Shown here piece by piece: positions 1-11,326 of a DNA stretch of 64,000 nucleotides. Under the pieces are notes generated by a model. It made no database searches. It was not told where the DNA came from and saw nothing but the letters and a program-made list of their open reading frames with translations. The translations under genes and the position numbers were made by a program. The first letter of the stretch is position 1, and each line of letters begins with the position of its first letter. Origin of the DNA: Candidatus Heimdallarchaeota archaeon (GTDB taxonomy: Archaea; Asgardarchaeota; Heimdallarchaeia; JABLTI01); the NCBI GenBank assembly GCA_018238155.1, contig JABCTZ010000017.1, forward strand, positions 116,949 to 180,948, given 5' to 3'.

Positions 1-277
1 GATTATTGAATTCGAGATACCATTTGATTCAGGCGATTCTCACGGTCGAGATATAGCAGTAAATGTTGGTGATGATGAAGAAATATTTCTCTACTATCGG
101 GATGGAGACAATGAAACAACATACTCTCACTGGTTGGTAGAACTAGTTGAGTATGACTATTGTAGAATACATATTGGTTTACCCCCTGCTTTTACAGGGA
201 TTCCATTCTGGATATTTGCAACATCTCTTGCGAGTATCTTTATTATTGCTTCATTCATTAAGAAGAAGAAAAAGTGA
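1..277 (+). CDS. 3' end of a surface/secreted protein with C-terminal membrane anchor (partial)
   Basis: Frame 2 open from the window start: ...IIEFEIPFDSGD...GIPFWIFATSLASIFIIASFIKKKKK*; hydrophobic helix plus basic tail (CTERM-type sorting signal). Confidence 0.75.
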   Translation, partial: IIEFEIPFDSGDSHGRDIAVNVGDDEEIFLYYRDGDNETTYSHWLVELVEYDYCRIHIGLPPAFTGIPFWIFATSLASIFIIASFIKKKKK

Positions 278-412
278 GATACATCTGAACAACTGAAAGC
301 TGAAGGAACTTACCCTTTAGCTAGTTATTTTTTTAATAATTCTTTTTTTCTTCTCACCGTAAGTATTTTAAATGGAAACTGAAAGGAAAAAGATAATCAA
401 TAATAATAAGCT

Positions 413-518
413 AGGCCTGTAGCGCAGTTAGGATAGCGCACTTGCCTTCTAATCAGTTCACTTGGTGATCTGAGAAGTAAGTAAGGGGTCGAGGGTTCAA
501 ATCCCTCCAGGCCTGCCA
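413..518 (+). tRNA. tRNA-Arg(TCT) with 28-nt canonical intron (452-479), encoded CCA
   Basis: Acceptor AGGCCTG/CAGGCCT, anticodon stem CTTGC/GTAAG, T-loop TTCAAAT, BHB central helix CTTC/GAAG. Confidence 0.95.
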
Positions 519-532
519 TTTTAATTTTAGTT

Positions 533-1552
533 ATGAAACAATTTCATTTTACCATAAATTCTTTTACTTGCATTATTTTATATTTGAATGGTGTCGTAAT
601 GATTAAGCTAAAAGCATTAACTTCTAACCATATTTCAGACATTGTTCATTTAATCCTAAACAAGTGTAAACAAGCGAATTTAATTTTTCCTAATCTCTTT
701 GATCAAATACCAATTGAAACGAAACTATCCTCTATGCTCGACGATTTTTTTGTGAAAAATTCTGGATATGGTGCTTTTCGGAAAAATGAACTGGTGTCAT
801 TTCTTCTCGGATTTTCAGGTATACCTCATCTAAAGGGACAAGAACAGGGAATTTACATTCCGTTATGGGGGCATTATCAATCTAACATTGACGATCAACA
901 GTTTTTCCTTCTCTACCGCACTCTTGCTCAAGAAATTGTTAATGACGGTGTTTTTAATCATATCATAACCTATTTGCCAAATAATCCCCTCCTCCAAGAG
1001 CAATTATTCACTTTAGGTTTTGGTCTCTTGGTTATTGATGCTATTAGACCTATGGAATTAATTTCCACTAAACCTCTCCAATCAAAATTCGTTGTAAGGT
1101 CTATGACATCAGATGATCATAATGATGTTAATCAACTCGAAATTGATTTAAGTTCAAATTTGCAAACAAGTCCTACTTTTCTTCATTCATCCCTATCTGG
1201 TCAATCTTCTCCTTTGAGCGATTTTATCAGTGATAAAAACCAGACTTTTGTTGTCGAATTTGAGGATAAGATTGTAGCTGCTACACGTTGCGTCCTTGGT
1301 TCTAGTAATTTAGATCTTCTAGACCACTCCCAAACAATAGCAATAAATTTTGCAAATACTTATCCAGAATTCAGAGGGATGGGTTTAGGAACGCATTTAG
1401 TAAATGAAGTTCTCAAATGGGGTCAAACTCATCAATCTACTAGATGTACCGTAGATTTTGAATCAGCTAATCTGATTGCAACTCGGTTCTGGTTGTCCCT
1501 TTTTACTCCCATTGGTTTTAGTGCTATTCGCAAAATGGATAATCGTCTCTAA
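533..1552 (+). CDS. GNAT family N-acetyltransferase (start probably ~599)
   Basis: C-terminal acetyl-CoA motif PEFRGMGLGT...N..A..FW. Confidence 0.8.
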   Translation: MKQFHFTINSFTCIILYLNGVVMIKLKALTSNHISDIVHLILNKCKQANLIFPNLFDQIPIETKLSSMLDDFFVKNSGYGAFRKNELVSFLLGFSGIPHLKGQEQGIYIPLWGHYQSNIDDQQFFLLYRTLAQEIVNDGVFNHIITYLPNNPLLQEQLFTLGFGLLVIDAIRPMELISTKPLQSKFVVRSMTSDDHNDVNQLEIDLSSNLQTSPTFLHSSLSGQSSPLSDFISDKNQTFVVEFEDKIVAATRCVLGSSNLDLLDHSQTIAINFANTYPEFRGMGLGTHLVNEVLKWGQTHQSTRCTVDFESANLIATRFWLSLFTPIGFSAIRKMDNRL

Positions 1553-1663
1553 TTATCTTTTCTAGTCATTTACTATTTTTTTGTGTGGAAATTACTGAAT
1601 TTGTGCATGTTTTGTAATTATTATTTATATTCTATATTGATTGTTTATTAGCTTGGGATTATT

Positions 1664-2749
1664 ATGAAAAAAGTATTGCAAATTTGGCCTTTGATTTTGA
1701 ATAAAATAGAAACAAGTAATGTTAAAGAAACATATTTCTTTGATTTTAGTGATAATAAAGACGAAACTTGTGCTCTCCAGATAAGTAAAGGAACATGTCA
1801 ATTTATTGATGGTGTGCCGGAAAATTATACTATTAAGATTACTGTTGAGACTAAGGACTGGATATCAATCTTATCGAAGGAACAATTGATTGAAGATGTT
1901 ATTGCCGACGGAAAATTAACTATCGAAGGCGATGATAAGAAATTAACCAAATTTGAACAATATTTTTCTGGTGATCCCGATTGTCTACAATTCAAATCTA
2001 GTAACTATGTAATGACTGAGAATGAGAAAGAATTGGAAGAAGGAAAATGGACTAAACCACGAAAAATCTTAGCACTAATTGGTTCTCCAAGAAAAGACAG
2101 AGGTGCTACAACAATGGTTTATTCATTTCTCAAGCAAGGATTGGATGACTGTGATTGTGAAATTGATACCATCTATTTAGCTGATTTAGAAAATAAGACC
2201 TGTAAGGGATGTTTTACTTGCTGGAATGGAAAAGATAAGAAATGTGTCTATAGTGATGATGTTAATGATTTAATTCTTAAAATACCGACCTATGATTTAC
2301 TGATACTTGCAGCACCTGTTTATATTGATGGTCTTCCTGGTGCGCTGAAAAATTTTATTGATAGAATGCTTTGTCTACTCGCTCCCGAATTTATTATAAA
2401 AGACGATCATTGTCGACATCCCAGTAGATATCCAAGGATGCCTCATCTTCTCTTAGTATCCACTTGTGGATTCACAGAATTTGATAATTTCTCTCCAATG
2501 ATAGAACATGTAGAAGAAATTTGTAAAAATATGCATTTCTCTTATATTGGTGAAGTACTCCCACCAACTGCTTGGTTGATGACAGTTCCAAATCTACAAC
2601 CTTTATACTTGCCTGTTATTGAAGCTATAAAACAAGCTGGTAAAGATATTTTTACTTCAGGTAAAATTTCAGAGGATCTCTATAAGCAAATCACTAAACC
2701 TATCTTATCCCGTGGACAAATTTTTGCTTTCTATAATCGTGACCTATAG
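1664..2749 (+). CDS. SCP2 lipid-binding-like domain fused to iron-sulfur flavoprotein / FMN reductase (flavodoxin fold)
   Basis: N-term ...GKLTIEGD SCP2-like; GSPRK, CKGCFTCW..C, APVY..LPG.LKNFIDR. Confidence 0.8.
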   Translation: MKKVLQIWPLILNKIETSNVKETYFFDFSDNKDETCALQISKGTCQFIDGVPENYTIKITVETKDWISILSKEQLIEDVIADGKLTIEGDDKKLTKFEQYFSGDPDCLQFKSSNYVMTENEKELEEGKWTKPRKILALIGSPRKDRGATTMVYSFLKQGLDDCDCEIDTIYLADLENKTCKGCFTCWNGKDKKCVYSDDVNDLILKIPTYDLLILAAPVYIDGLPGALKNFIDRMLCLLAPEFIIKDDHCRHPSRYPRMPHLLLVSTCGFTEFDNFSPMIEHVEEICKNMHFSYIGEVLPPTAWLMTVPNLQPLYLPVIEAIKQAGKDIFTSGKISEDLYKQITKPILSRGQIFAFYNRDL

Positions 2750-2827
2750 TTAATTTACATATAGAAATTGCTTGAAAAATTCTCTCTTATTGGATATATT
2801 GTGGGAGAGACAGATTGTATCGAAGAT

Positions 2828-3679
2828 CTAAATCTTCTTTACAAAATACTCTAGTTTCTTTAACCATAAGTCAGCATTGTTACTATTTCTTTCATTTATC
2901 ACATACCAGTGTGCAAGCGTTGCAATTGCAAACCCCTTCCAAGTATTCACTTCTCGTTGCAAATGCAGAGGAGGATGTACCTTTGAATATTCTTTAGCAT
3001 AAGCTAAATCAAAATAGATTGAACCCTTAGTAGCAAACTCCCAATCAATAATAGCATACTTTGCTTCTTGTTCTTTGGCAGTAGGATAGACTTGGAGAAT
3101 GTTGCCTTCGTGAAAGTCTCCATGAATTAAGTGAGTACCAGCTAATTTTGTCTTTTTTTGTTGATCTAAGAACTCGGTAATCAATTCCAAATACATTCCC
3201 CACTTTTCCTCATTTTCTTGTTCTTTGTTTAGAGGTTGGGTTAATTTCTTTACTACATCTTGCTCAAATGAAAATTTAGCTGGAATGTGTTTACTTGCTT
3301 TCTTCATAATCTCAATTAATTCAATCACTAACTGAAAATCTAGATAGGGTTTCATACTTGAAAATGCTTGGCCATGAATCCAAGATAATGCTCGAATAGA
3401 ACACCCAGCTTCTACAGAGGTCCACTCATCAATTATTTCTGGAATAATAATCAATTGCTCATCTGTATGCCTTTTTTTTACTACTTTTGCGATTGCTTTT
3501 AGAGCCATTCCTTCTCGCTCGAAACGATTTTGATAATAATCATTGTCTGGATAAATACGAAAAATCACTTTTTGCTCTTTATATTTGCCAGTAAATTTCT
3601 GGATTGATTCTCCTAATATCAGAGGATGTATATCATTAGCATTAGTAATTTCTGCCAATTGATCAGCTGTCAAATTCAT
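2828..3679 (-). CDS. Aminoglycoside/choline phosphotransferase (APH) family kinase
   Basis: IHGDFHEGNIL and IIDWEFA motifs. Confidence 0.85.
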   Translation of the reverse strand: MNLTADQLAEITNANDIHPLILGESIQKFTGKYKEQKVIFRIYPDNDYYQNRFEREGMALKAIAKVVKKRHTDEQLIIIPEIIDEWTSVEAGCSIRALSWIHGQAFSSMKPYLDFQLVIELIEIMKKASKHIPAKFSFEQDVVKKLTQPLNKEQENEEKWGMYLELITEFLDQQKKTKLAGTHLIHGDFHEGNILQVYPTAKEQEAKYAIIDWEFATKGSIYFDLAYAKEYSKVHPPLHLQREVNTWKGFAIATLAHWYVINERNSNNADLWLKKLEYFVKKI

Positions 3680-3831
3680 ATTCTTACCAAACCTCTCAAT
3701 ACTGCATACTTCATCTTTAGCTTGATTTTGTTAGCGATTAGATGACTAATTAATATTTTTGGATGTAAAGAAAAAGACTTTAGTCTATTTTAACTAGATA
3801 GTATATGTTAAAATGTTCCGAGAGATGACTA

Positions 3832-6009
3832 ATGGTTCCAAAAACTGATTCTATTAAACCAACAATAACTGATATGATTTCATTGGAATTCGTTTCACAT
3901 GCAAAAATTTCGCCAAAAGGCGATAAAATTGCTTATTGTATTAGAAAAACGAACTGGACTAAAGATAGGTATGAGAATGATTGTTTTATATTTGATGTTG
4001 AGAAAAATAAAACCTTTCAATTAACTAGATATGGTAAAATAAATCAGATTGCCTGGATAAATAATGAATCTCTTGCAGTATTAAAAGAAGATCCTGAAAT
4101 GAAAGAAAATTCTAATCAAGTATTTGTTTTTGAAGATTTAATAGGAGAACCCATCCAAGTAACAGATCATTATAACGGCATCCAGACCTTTGAGATATTT
4201 GGTAAGGGGTTAATATATCTCGCAAAAGCTCCAGATAGAGCAGAAACAAAGGAACGTAAGACTAAGTTTGGATCCTTCATTCATTTTGAGCAAGAGCAAA
4301 GTGCAAGCGCACTTTATTATGTAGAATATGAGAAAATGAAGAATTATTTTGAAGGAAAGAAAAAGAAGAATGGAAATAATTCTAAATCGCTGATAAAACC
4401 TGTGATAGAAATTACCAAGCTATTGAAAGAACCTCTATCAATTTTGGGTTATGTTGTTTCTCCACAAAATGATGCAATTTATCTTACCTGTCAATCTCGA
4501 GATGACAAAGTATACGATCAAGAAACGAGCACTTATCAAATCAAGATAAAACCCACAGAAGCATTGAATGCTTATCTCAGCAAACAAGACGAAAAACAAC
4601 CTACTGATAAAAAAGAAACTAAGAATAAAAATGACAAAGAAGTGCTAGATGATGATCTATCATATCTTGGTGTTCTAACTAGAATCGCACTGCCAATTGT
4701 GAGCTCTATTGTTAATATTTCACCAGATGGAAAGAAACTCCTTGTAGCAAGAAGAGAACGCGATAATTTCTACTTCACTCAAAGTGATTTATGGACATTG
4801 GATGTAGATAAATGGCAACCCCTCCTAGCAAAGGAAGAAATAAACGATAAATTAGTGAAAATTACCGGTAGTCTAGATAGAACGCCTATGAATATACATT
4901 GGGTGAAAGAAGGAATATTTTGCTCTCATGTTGAAGGAACAAAAACAGCTATCATTCACATTTCTAAATCAGGGGAAATTTCTACATTAGATCTAGAAGG
5001 TTATTCTGCATCGCTGTTTAATACTTTTGATGTTTCAGAGAGCGGTCGTTTATGTTTCTTGGGATTCAACTCTTCTAAAATAGAAGAGCTCTATATTACT
5101 CAAAATGCAATTACAGTCAGCAAATTAGAATTCATACAAATAACTAATTTCGGCAAACAAATTCAAAATTGGAGATTCGGCACTGTCGAAACCATACGAT
5201 GGGCTAGTAAAGATGGAACTGAGATTGAGGGAGTTCTTAGAAAGCCTGATGGCTTCGATCCAAAGAAAAAATATCCATTAGTTTTTATCATCCATGGAGG
5301 CCCTGCAAGTTTTGACGCTGAAACTCTTCTACCTCGAAATAGCCTTTATTATTATCCTGGTATTCAATTTAGCAATCTGGATATACTAGTTTTAAGAGTA
5401 AATTATCGTGGGTCCATAGGAAGAGGACAAGCATTTCTTGAGCTAAACAAAGATAATCTTGGAATTGGTGATATGTGGGATCTAGAAAGTGCTATAGACT
5501 ATCTTGAAAAGCAAGGATTTGTTGACACTAACAAAATAGGCTGCATGGGTTGGAGTCAAGGCGGATATATCTCTGCTTTTGTAGGCATTCATTCAAAACG
5601 ATTCAAGGCAGTATCTGTTGGTGCAGGTATAGCAGACTGGTATACTTATCATATTAGCAATGATATTCCTCAATTTACAACTCATTACCTTTCTGGCAGT
5701 CCATTTAGAAATAGAGAATTATATGAGAAAACAGCTCCTATAAGTAATATCAAAAATGCCCAAACACCAACGCTAATTCAACATGGAGAAATTGACCAAA
5801 GAGTACCTCTATCAAATGCAAAAGAGCTCTATCGCGGTTTAAAGGAGATGAATGTACCCGTTGAATTGTTCATTTATCCAGGTATGGGTCATCCAATAAT
5901 CAAACCAAAAGAAAATCGTACGGTAATGTATCAAAATTTGAATTGGTTCAGTCACTACTTGTTAGGTGAGGTCTTGAATCTTTTTGATGAGAAGAAAATG
6001 GAAAAATGA
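3832..6009 (+). CDS. S9 family (prolyl oligopeptidase / acylaminoacyl) peptidase
   Basis: IHGGP, NYRGSIGRG, GWSQGG nucleophile, HGEIDQRVP, GMGH. Confidence 0.92.
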   Translation: MVPKTDSIKPTITDMISLEFVSHAKISPKGDKIAYCIRKTNWTKDRYENDCFIFDVEKNKTFQLTRYGKINQIAWINNESLAVLKEDPEMKENSNQVFVFEDLIGEPIQVTDHYNGIQTFEIFGKGLIYLAKAPDRAETKERKTKFGSFIHFEQEQSASALYYVEYEKMKNYFEGKKKKNGNNSKSLIKPVIEITKLLKEPLSILGYVVSPQNDAIYLTCQSRDDKVYDQETSTYQIKIKPTEALNAYLSKQDEKQPTDKKETKNKNDKEVLDDDLSYLGVLTRIALPIVSSIVNISPDGKKLLVARRERDNFYFTQSDLWTLDVDKWQPLLAKEEINDKLVKITGSLDRTPMNIHWVKEGIFCSHVEGTKTAIIHISKSGEISTLDLEGYSASLFNTFDVSESGRLCFLGFNSSKIEELYITQNAITVSKLEFIQITNFGKQIQNWRFGTVETIRWASKDGTEIEGVLRKPDGFDPKKKYPLVFIIHGGPASFDAETLLPRNSLYYYPGIQFSNLDILVLRVNYRGSIGRGQAFLELNKDNLGIGDMWDLESAIDYLEKQGFVDTNKIGCMGWSQGGYISAFVGIHSKRFKAVSVGAGIADWYTYHISNDIPQFTTHYLSGSPFRNRELYEKTAPISNIKNAQTPTLIQHGEIDQRVPLSNAKELYRGLKEMNVPVELFIYPGMGHPIIKPKENRTVMYQNLNWFSHYLLGEVLNLFDEKKMEK

Positions 6010-6145
6010 GTTCCTTTTCTCACATTTTTTTACCATAATCATCTACTACTTTCTTCTATGTACTCCTATTTTCTCTCTATACCCAACACATAATATTGAT
6101 TCTAAATGCATATGGAGATAGATTGAAACTGACTGTTGAATTGTT

Positions 6146-7009
6146 ATGGTAGTAAAAAAAAATAGTGAAGTATCAGAATCAATTTCTATACCGATCAAAA
6201 TAGCTAATGAACTTGTTTATAACCCAGAAATCATTCAAGATGAATTATTTGAAGAAAACGAAGTAAAAATGGACATTGTGAATTTATCGCATTGGTTTGG
6301 TGATAATCAAGTTTTATCAGGTATATCTATGCCCATCTTCACGAACAAAGTTACAGCTATTATTGGTCCTTCTGGTTGTGGAAAATCAACCTTTCTTCGC
6401 GATTTGAATCGTATGAATGATTTGGTATCTATCTCTAGAATGTCAGGTGATATTCTATTAGGGAATAAAAATATCTATGATAATGATGTAGACGTAGTTC
6501 AATTGAGAAAACGAATTGGTATGGTCTTTCAGAAACCAAATCCTTTTCCAATGCCAATAGAAAATAACATTGCTTACGGTCCTTATATCCATGGGATAGA
6601 ACCTGACAGCATTCCTGAAATTGTGAAAAGTTGTTTGCAAAAAGCAGTTCTGTGGGATGAAGTTAAAGATCGATTAAAAGATAATGCTTTTTCTCTCTCT
6701 GGTGGACAGCAACAGAGATTATGTATTGCACGAACCTTATCCGTTCAACCTGAAGTAATCTTATTTGATGAACCTTGTAGTTCTCTTGATCCTCATGCTA
6801 CCGCTAAGATTGAGGACTTGATTACAAAATTGAAACAAGATTATACTGTAGTAATTGTTACACATAATATGCAACAAGCAGCTCGAGTGTCTGATTATAC
6901 TGCATTCTTCAATTTAGGTGATCTTGTAGAATTTAATAGTACTAAAACAATATTCAAATCTCCCGAGCGAAAAATGACAGAGGAGTATATTTCCGGGCGA
7001 TTTGGTTAA
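6146..7009 (+). CDS. pstB: Phosphate ABC transporter ATP-binding protein, copy 1
   Basis: [45 protein letters not shown]. Confidence 0.95.
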   Translation: MVVKKNSEVSESISIPIKIANELVYNPEIIQDELFEENEVKMDIVNLSHWFGDNQVLSGISMPIFTNKVTAIIGPSGCGKSTFLRDLNRMNDLVSISRMSGDILLGNKNIYDNDVDVVQLRKRIGMVFQKPNPFPMPIENNIAYGPYIHGIEPDSIPEIVKSCLQKAVLWDEVKDRLKDNAFSLSGGQQQRLCIARTLSVQPEVILFDEPCSSLDPHATAKIEDLITKLKQDYTVVIVTHNMQQAARVSDYTAFFNLGDLVEFNSTKTIFKSPERKMTEEYISGRFG

Positions 7010-7177
7010 CTCATTTTTATTGGTGGTTTGCATATTGAATGAAAATAATAAACAGCTTGATGAAACATTATGCACTAAAGAATTAATGAGCAAATTTCTA
7101 AATAATACGGGATTGTTTTACTATATTAATCGAATACATTTGAATAAATATTTTTATAGCTATGAACCATCGAATTA

Positions 7178-8083
7178 GTGGTGACAATATTTTTGCCAGC
7201 AAATACTCGCGATTCACTTTCCAAAGCTAAGCCTCTCAAAGACAGGAGCGAAGAAGCAAAGATTGCTATAAAAATAGCTGCTGATTTAACTGATCCACCC
7301 GAAATTGTCCGAGAAGATTTACTAAAAACACATGTATTGAAGATGGAGTCAGTTGAGCTTTCACACTGGTATGGCGATAACAGAGTTCTTTCTGGTATTT
7401 CTATGCCTATTTTCAACAACAGAGTTACAGCTATCATTGGTCCTTCCGGTTGTGGGAAATCGACTTTCCTTCGGGATTTAAACAGGATGAATGATTTAGT
7501 TAAGATTGCACGAATTGCTGGCAAAATTTTGCTTGATGGACAAGATATCTATGCAGAACATATTGATGTTGTTCAACTGAGAAAACGAATTGGTATGGTC
7601 TTTCAGAAACCAAATCCTTTTCCTATGTCAATAGAAAACAATATTGCATACGGTCCATATGTTCATGGAGTGAAGCATGAGGGTTTAGATGAAATTGTTG
7701 AAAGTAGCTTGAAAAAAGCTGCCTTATGGGAGGAGGTCAATCAACGACTAAAAGATTCTGCATTATCATTATCAGGAGGACAACAACAGCGGTTGTGTAT
7801 TGCTCGAGCCTTATCTGTTCAACCTGAGGTTCTCTTAATGGATGAACCGTGTAGCTCTCTTGACCCTCATGCTACCGCTAAGATTGAGGATTTAATTACA
7901 AAATTAAAGCAAGATTATACTGTAGTGATCGTTACCCATAATATGCAGCAAGCTGCTCGAGTGTCTGATTACACTGCATTTTTCAATATAGGGGAGTTAA
8001 TTGAATTTGATAGAACAAAGAAAATCTTTGCTAATCCTGAGAGGAAAATGACTGAAGAATATATTTCCGGGCGATTTGGATAG
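7178..8083 (+). CDS. pstB: Phosphate ABC transporter ATP-binding protein, copy 2
   Basis: Same PstB motifs; tandem paralog. Confidence 0.95.
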   Translation: MVTIFLPANTRDSLSKAKPLKDRSEEAKIAIKIAADLTDPPEIVREDLLKTHVLKMESVELSHWYGDNRVLSGISMPIFNNRVTAIIGPSGCGKSTFLRDLNRMNDLVKIARIAGKILLDGQDIYAEHIDVVQLRKRIGMVFQKPNPFPMSIENNIAYGPYVHGVKHEGLDEIVESSLKKAALWEEVNQRLKDSALSLSGGQQQRLCIARALSVQPEVLLMDEPCSSLDPHATAKIEDLITKLKQDYTVVIVTHNMQQAARVSDYTAFFNIGELIEFDRTKKIFANPERKMTEEYISGRFG

Positions 8084-8131
8084 ATAGTTAGGATACTAAT
8101 TAATTAACGAATATGAATATTAAGTAGAAAG

Positions 8132-8818
8132 GTGAAGAAATTGAGTAAATTCAGGTCGAAATTTGGTGGTACAATACGTTTCAAGGAAATTATGAAAGAA
8201 TTGAATCAACATCTAGTTGTCTTGTCCAATCTTGTGATTAAAATGATTAAAGATGGAAATACTGCCTTAGCTAATGATGATGAATCTATCTTCAAAAGAC
8301 TTGAAGAAGAACTTAAGGAAGTTCATGAACATTGTAATTCTATTGATGAAACTGTTATGGATACTATTGCTTTGCATCAACCATTTGCAAAGGATTTACG
8401 ATTTATACTTTCCACGCTCAAAGTTTCAAATGAAATTCACCGTTCAGCTCATGATGCAGTACACATTGCTAATAGTTCAGCTTTTATCAACCTGAAAAAA
8501 TATACTGAGATTATTCAAAGAATTGGTGATTTGGCTACAAAAGCTTCTTCCATGTTCAAGAAAAGCATAGAAGCATTTTGCAATCAGAAGGAGCTCAATG
8601 TGCAAAAATGGACAAAAAAGGATGATGAAGTTGATAGATTACATTCGGAAATCATTCAAGATGTCACTAAAATCGTTGAAACCGATCCAACATGGTCAAG
8701 AGCAGGTGTTAGTCTTATTCTGACAACAAGGTATATTGAACGAATTGCTGATCATGCATGCAATATTGTTGAAGAGAGCAATTATGTTGTTACAGGTAAA
8801 AAAGCCAAAATTGAGTAA
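8132..8818 (+). CDS. phoU: Phosphate signalling protein PhoU
   Basis: QPFAKDLR, DDEVD, ERIADHACNI; pst context. Confidence 0.9.
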   Translation: MKKLSKFRSKFGGTIRFKEIMKELNQHLVVLSNLVIKMIKDGNTALANDDESIFKRLEEELKEVHEHCNSIDETVMDTIALHQPFAKDLRFILSTLKVSNEIHRSAHDAVHIANSSAFINLKKYTEIIQRIGDLATKASSMFKKSIEAFCNQKELNVQKWTKKDDEVDRLHSEIIQDVTKIVETDPTWSRAGVSLILTTRYIERIADHACNIVEESNYVVTGKKAKIE

Positions 8819-8964
8819 TGTCTTTTCTATCGAGTATTATCTTCATAGATTTTGATTCTTTTTCTTTCAGAGAAGACTTTGTATTGTTCGTTATTTTTTT
8901 TTATTTTGAAGAATTGAATACTATTCACGAGTATAAATTTGATATTTGGAATTACATTTGCCTA

Positions 8965-9045
8965 ATTCTCTCTATATAGATATAATTGAGATATATTCAG
9001 CTATTGTTCTGAAAATAAACTATACAGAGAAGGATTATCTTAATG
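8965..9045 (+). promoter_or_regulatory. Conserved CTATA-rich upstream element of pstS copy 1 (candidate PHO-box-like operator)
   Basis: CTATATAGAT...TATATTCA.CTATTGTT...ACTATACA.AGAA is repeated upstream of pstS copy 2 (~11200-11270). Confidence 0.55.
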
Positions 9046-9098
9046 TCTCTCCTAAGATGTGCACACAAGAAAATAAAACTAAATGGAGAAAAAATAAA

Positions 9099-10031
9099 AT
9101 GTCATTCGGTAAAAATACTAGCAAACTAACATACCTCCTTATTACATTAATTTTTGTTGGAACAGGTTTTGGTGTCTTTATTGGTTGGATTGCTTTTAAT
9201 GATGGAAACGGTGGAGATACATATATCTTAAATGTTCAAGGCTCCACCACAGTAGAAAAAATATGTACCTTGTCTGCAGTTCCTTTTATGGAAGCTCATC
9301 CTAGTGTTCAAGTAACGATTTCAGGTACAGGCTCGGGAACAGGAATTGGTACACTTATCAATAGTCAATGTGACATTGCAATGGCTTCCAGAACAGTAAA
9401 ATCAACTGAAAATGATACCGCACATACAAGTACAGGTGTTTGGTTGAGACAATTTACAATTGCAAAAGATGGATTGGCGATAATTATTAATGACGACGTT
9501 ACTAGCATTTTAGATCTCAGTGAAGATACAATCAAGGCAATTTTTAACGGCACAATTTCTAATTGGAGTGATACAGCTTTACCAGATGTAGGTTTATCCA
9601 GTGAAATTCAAGTAGTGGTTAGAGAAGAAGGATCTGGTACAAGAGATACCTTCAATGAATTAATAATGGGTGATGCAGATCAAGAATTCGCAGACAGTCA
9701 ATATGTTGGCGATGCTTTGCCTATGACTAGTAATCAGATGATTTTCGATGAAGTAAATACTAACCCCCAAGCAATCGGTTATGTTGGACTTGGGTATCTT
9801 GGTGACGGCGTTGAATCAGTACATGTAGATGGCGTTGAACCAACTTTTGAAACAGTAGTAGATGCAACATATTCTATTCAAAGAGAACTTTACCTAGTAA
9901 CTTTAGGTGACCCTGAAGTTGGGTCATTAATATGTGAATATGTGAATTGGCATTTCAGCCCAGACGGACAATATTTTGTCTTTGATTCTGGGTTCATAAA
10001 TATCTTACCTAGACGAGACAATCTAATATAG
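9099..10031 (+). CDS. pstS: Phosphate-binding protein PstS, copy 1 (N-terminal TM anchor)
   Basis: GSTTV, GSGTGI, DIAMASR, REEGSGTR; start moved to 9099 (MSFGK) to match the 310-aa paralog. Confidence 0.92.
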   Translation: MSFGKNTSKLTYLLITLIFVGTGFGVFIGWIAFNDGNGGDTYILNVQGSTTVEKICTLSAVPFMEAHPSVQVTISGTGSGTGIGTLINSQCDIAMASRTVKSTENDTAHTSTGVWLRQFTIAKDGLAIIINDDVTSILDLSEDTIKAIFNGTISNWSDTALPDVGLSSEIQVVVREEGSGTRDTFNELIMGDADQEFADSQYVGDALPMTSNQMIFDEVNTNPQAIGYVGLGYLGDGVESVHVDGVEPTFETVVDATYSIQRELYLVTLGDPEVGSLICEYVNWHFSPDGQYFVFDSGFINILPRRDNLI

Positions 10032-10100
10032 GTGAAGAAGTTAGGAGATTTTTTCTCCTAACAATTCTATTTTTCATTAATAAATAAAAAAATACTTTTT

Positions 10101-11105
10101 TTAATGTGCTCTATCAATTGCCATTTCAGCAATGTCTAAACCATAACCACAGATTCTATCCAAGTGCCTTTCAACAAGTTGGATTTGCATTTCCACATCG
10201 AAATCTGGTGCTCTTTGTCTTGTTAGCTTCTCAGTTTCAAGTTTAGCTTGTAATTCTTCAAATAATTTAATTGCTTTGAATGCTAATTTCAATTTATTTC
10301 CAAGAAAACTCTGTATTGCTAATGTATGAATTTCAACAGCTTGTTTTGAATAATCTAATAAATATTTTTTAGTACCTTCGTCATCTATTATTTTATCCTG
10401 CAACGCAAGGCAACTTTTAGCGATACTTTCACAATGATCAGCAATCTTTTCTAAAGACTTTGCAACAGGATAAATATACAAAACTTCTTGAGGTTTGATA
10501 TTCATTTCTTTTAGAATAGTTGGATTTTCTAAGGCTGAAGAAATCTCTCTTCTAATTAGGAAATAGAGTCTATCTACAGCATTTTCTCTTTCGAAAACAT
10601 CTCGTGCGCTCTCTTTATCTGATGTCACAAATGCTTCTACAGCTACAACTTGCATGTTTCTAGCAATTAAGTGTCCTCTTCTTAATGCCTTGTCAATTGG
10701 AAATTCTCCATGGATTGCTAAATCTCGAATCTCTACTTCTTGAAATTCTTCGGAAATAATTTCACTTCCAATAAGCTTCGATACTGTAGAAGAAATAGCT
10801 TTACTTGTTTTCGGAGAAATATTACTCTTAGATTTAATAATAATCTTGGAAAAACCCGCAAGATATTTCGAAATAATGATCTTTTCCAGTAAACTGGTTT
10901 CACCTATAACATCGATATCAATAGTCACCTCTCTTTCTCTTTTGGGTGTCAATGAGTTTTTCGATAAAAGTAGTGTTCCATCATTTTGTTCTAAAATAGA
11001 TAATTCATCTCCTTGAGTTAAATTCAATTTTGTAACCCAATCTCGAGGAAGACTTATGGTGTAGGTTGATTTTCCAGTAAGTTGTATTTTTCGTTTTACT
11101 GACAT
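10101..11105 (-). CDS. Archaeal phosphate uptake regulator (AbrB domain + PhoU domains)
   Basis: RKIQLTGKSTYTISLPRDW AbrB N-terminus; VDRLYFL, LEKIADH. Confidence 0.9.
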   Translation of the reverse strand: MSVKRKIQLTGKSTYTISLPRDWVTKLNLTQGDELSILEQNDGTLLLSKNSLTPKREREVTIDIDVIGETSLLEKIIISKYLAGFSKIIIKSKSNISPKTSKAISSTVSKLIGSEIISEEFQEVEIRDLAIHGEFPIDKALRRGHLIARNMQVVAVEAFVTSDKESARDVFERENAVDRLYFLIRREISSALENPTILKEMNIKPQEVLYIYPVAKSLEKIADHCESIAKSCLALQDKIIDDEGTKKYLLDYSKQAVEIHTLAIQSFLGNKLKLAFKAIKLFEELQAKLETEKLTRQRAPDFDVEMQIQLVERHLDRICGYGLDIAEMAIDRAH

Positions 11106-11124
11106 TTTACATCCCAATATGTGC

Positions 11125-11270
11125 GTGTCTATATATTGTTATTTGAAAACTATTTTCAATTATATATTAATAGACATGAACTATATATATTAAATCCTAT
11201 CTATATAGATGCCATGGAACTATATTCAACTATTGTTAAGTAAATAGACTATACACAGAAATATTATTTT
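11125..11270. promoter_or_regulatory. Divergent promoter region with multiple CTAT(A) repeats (candidate PhoU-AbrB operator)
   Basis: Repeated CTATA/TATAT motifs between the regulator and pstS2, homologous to the pstS1 upstream region. Confidence 0.5.
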
Positions 11271-11326
11271 AACCGTTTACTTTATGTGGAGTACTCAAAA
11301 TTAAATCTAATCGGTGAAAAGCTGTA

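Noticed and set aside
519-6009. Integrated element downstream of tRNA-Arg
   Set aside because: No integrase and no duplicated tRNA-Arg 3' end seen; the genes are ordinary accessory enzymes.
8946-9098. 51-aa N-terminal extension of pstS copy 1
   Set aside because: The paralog starts at MSFGK, and this stretch matches the paralog's non-coding upstream region.
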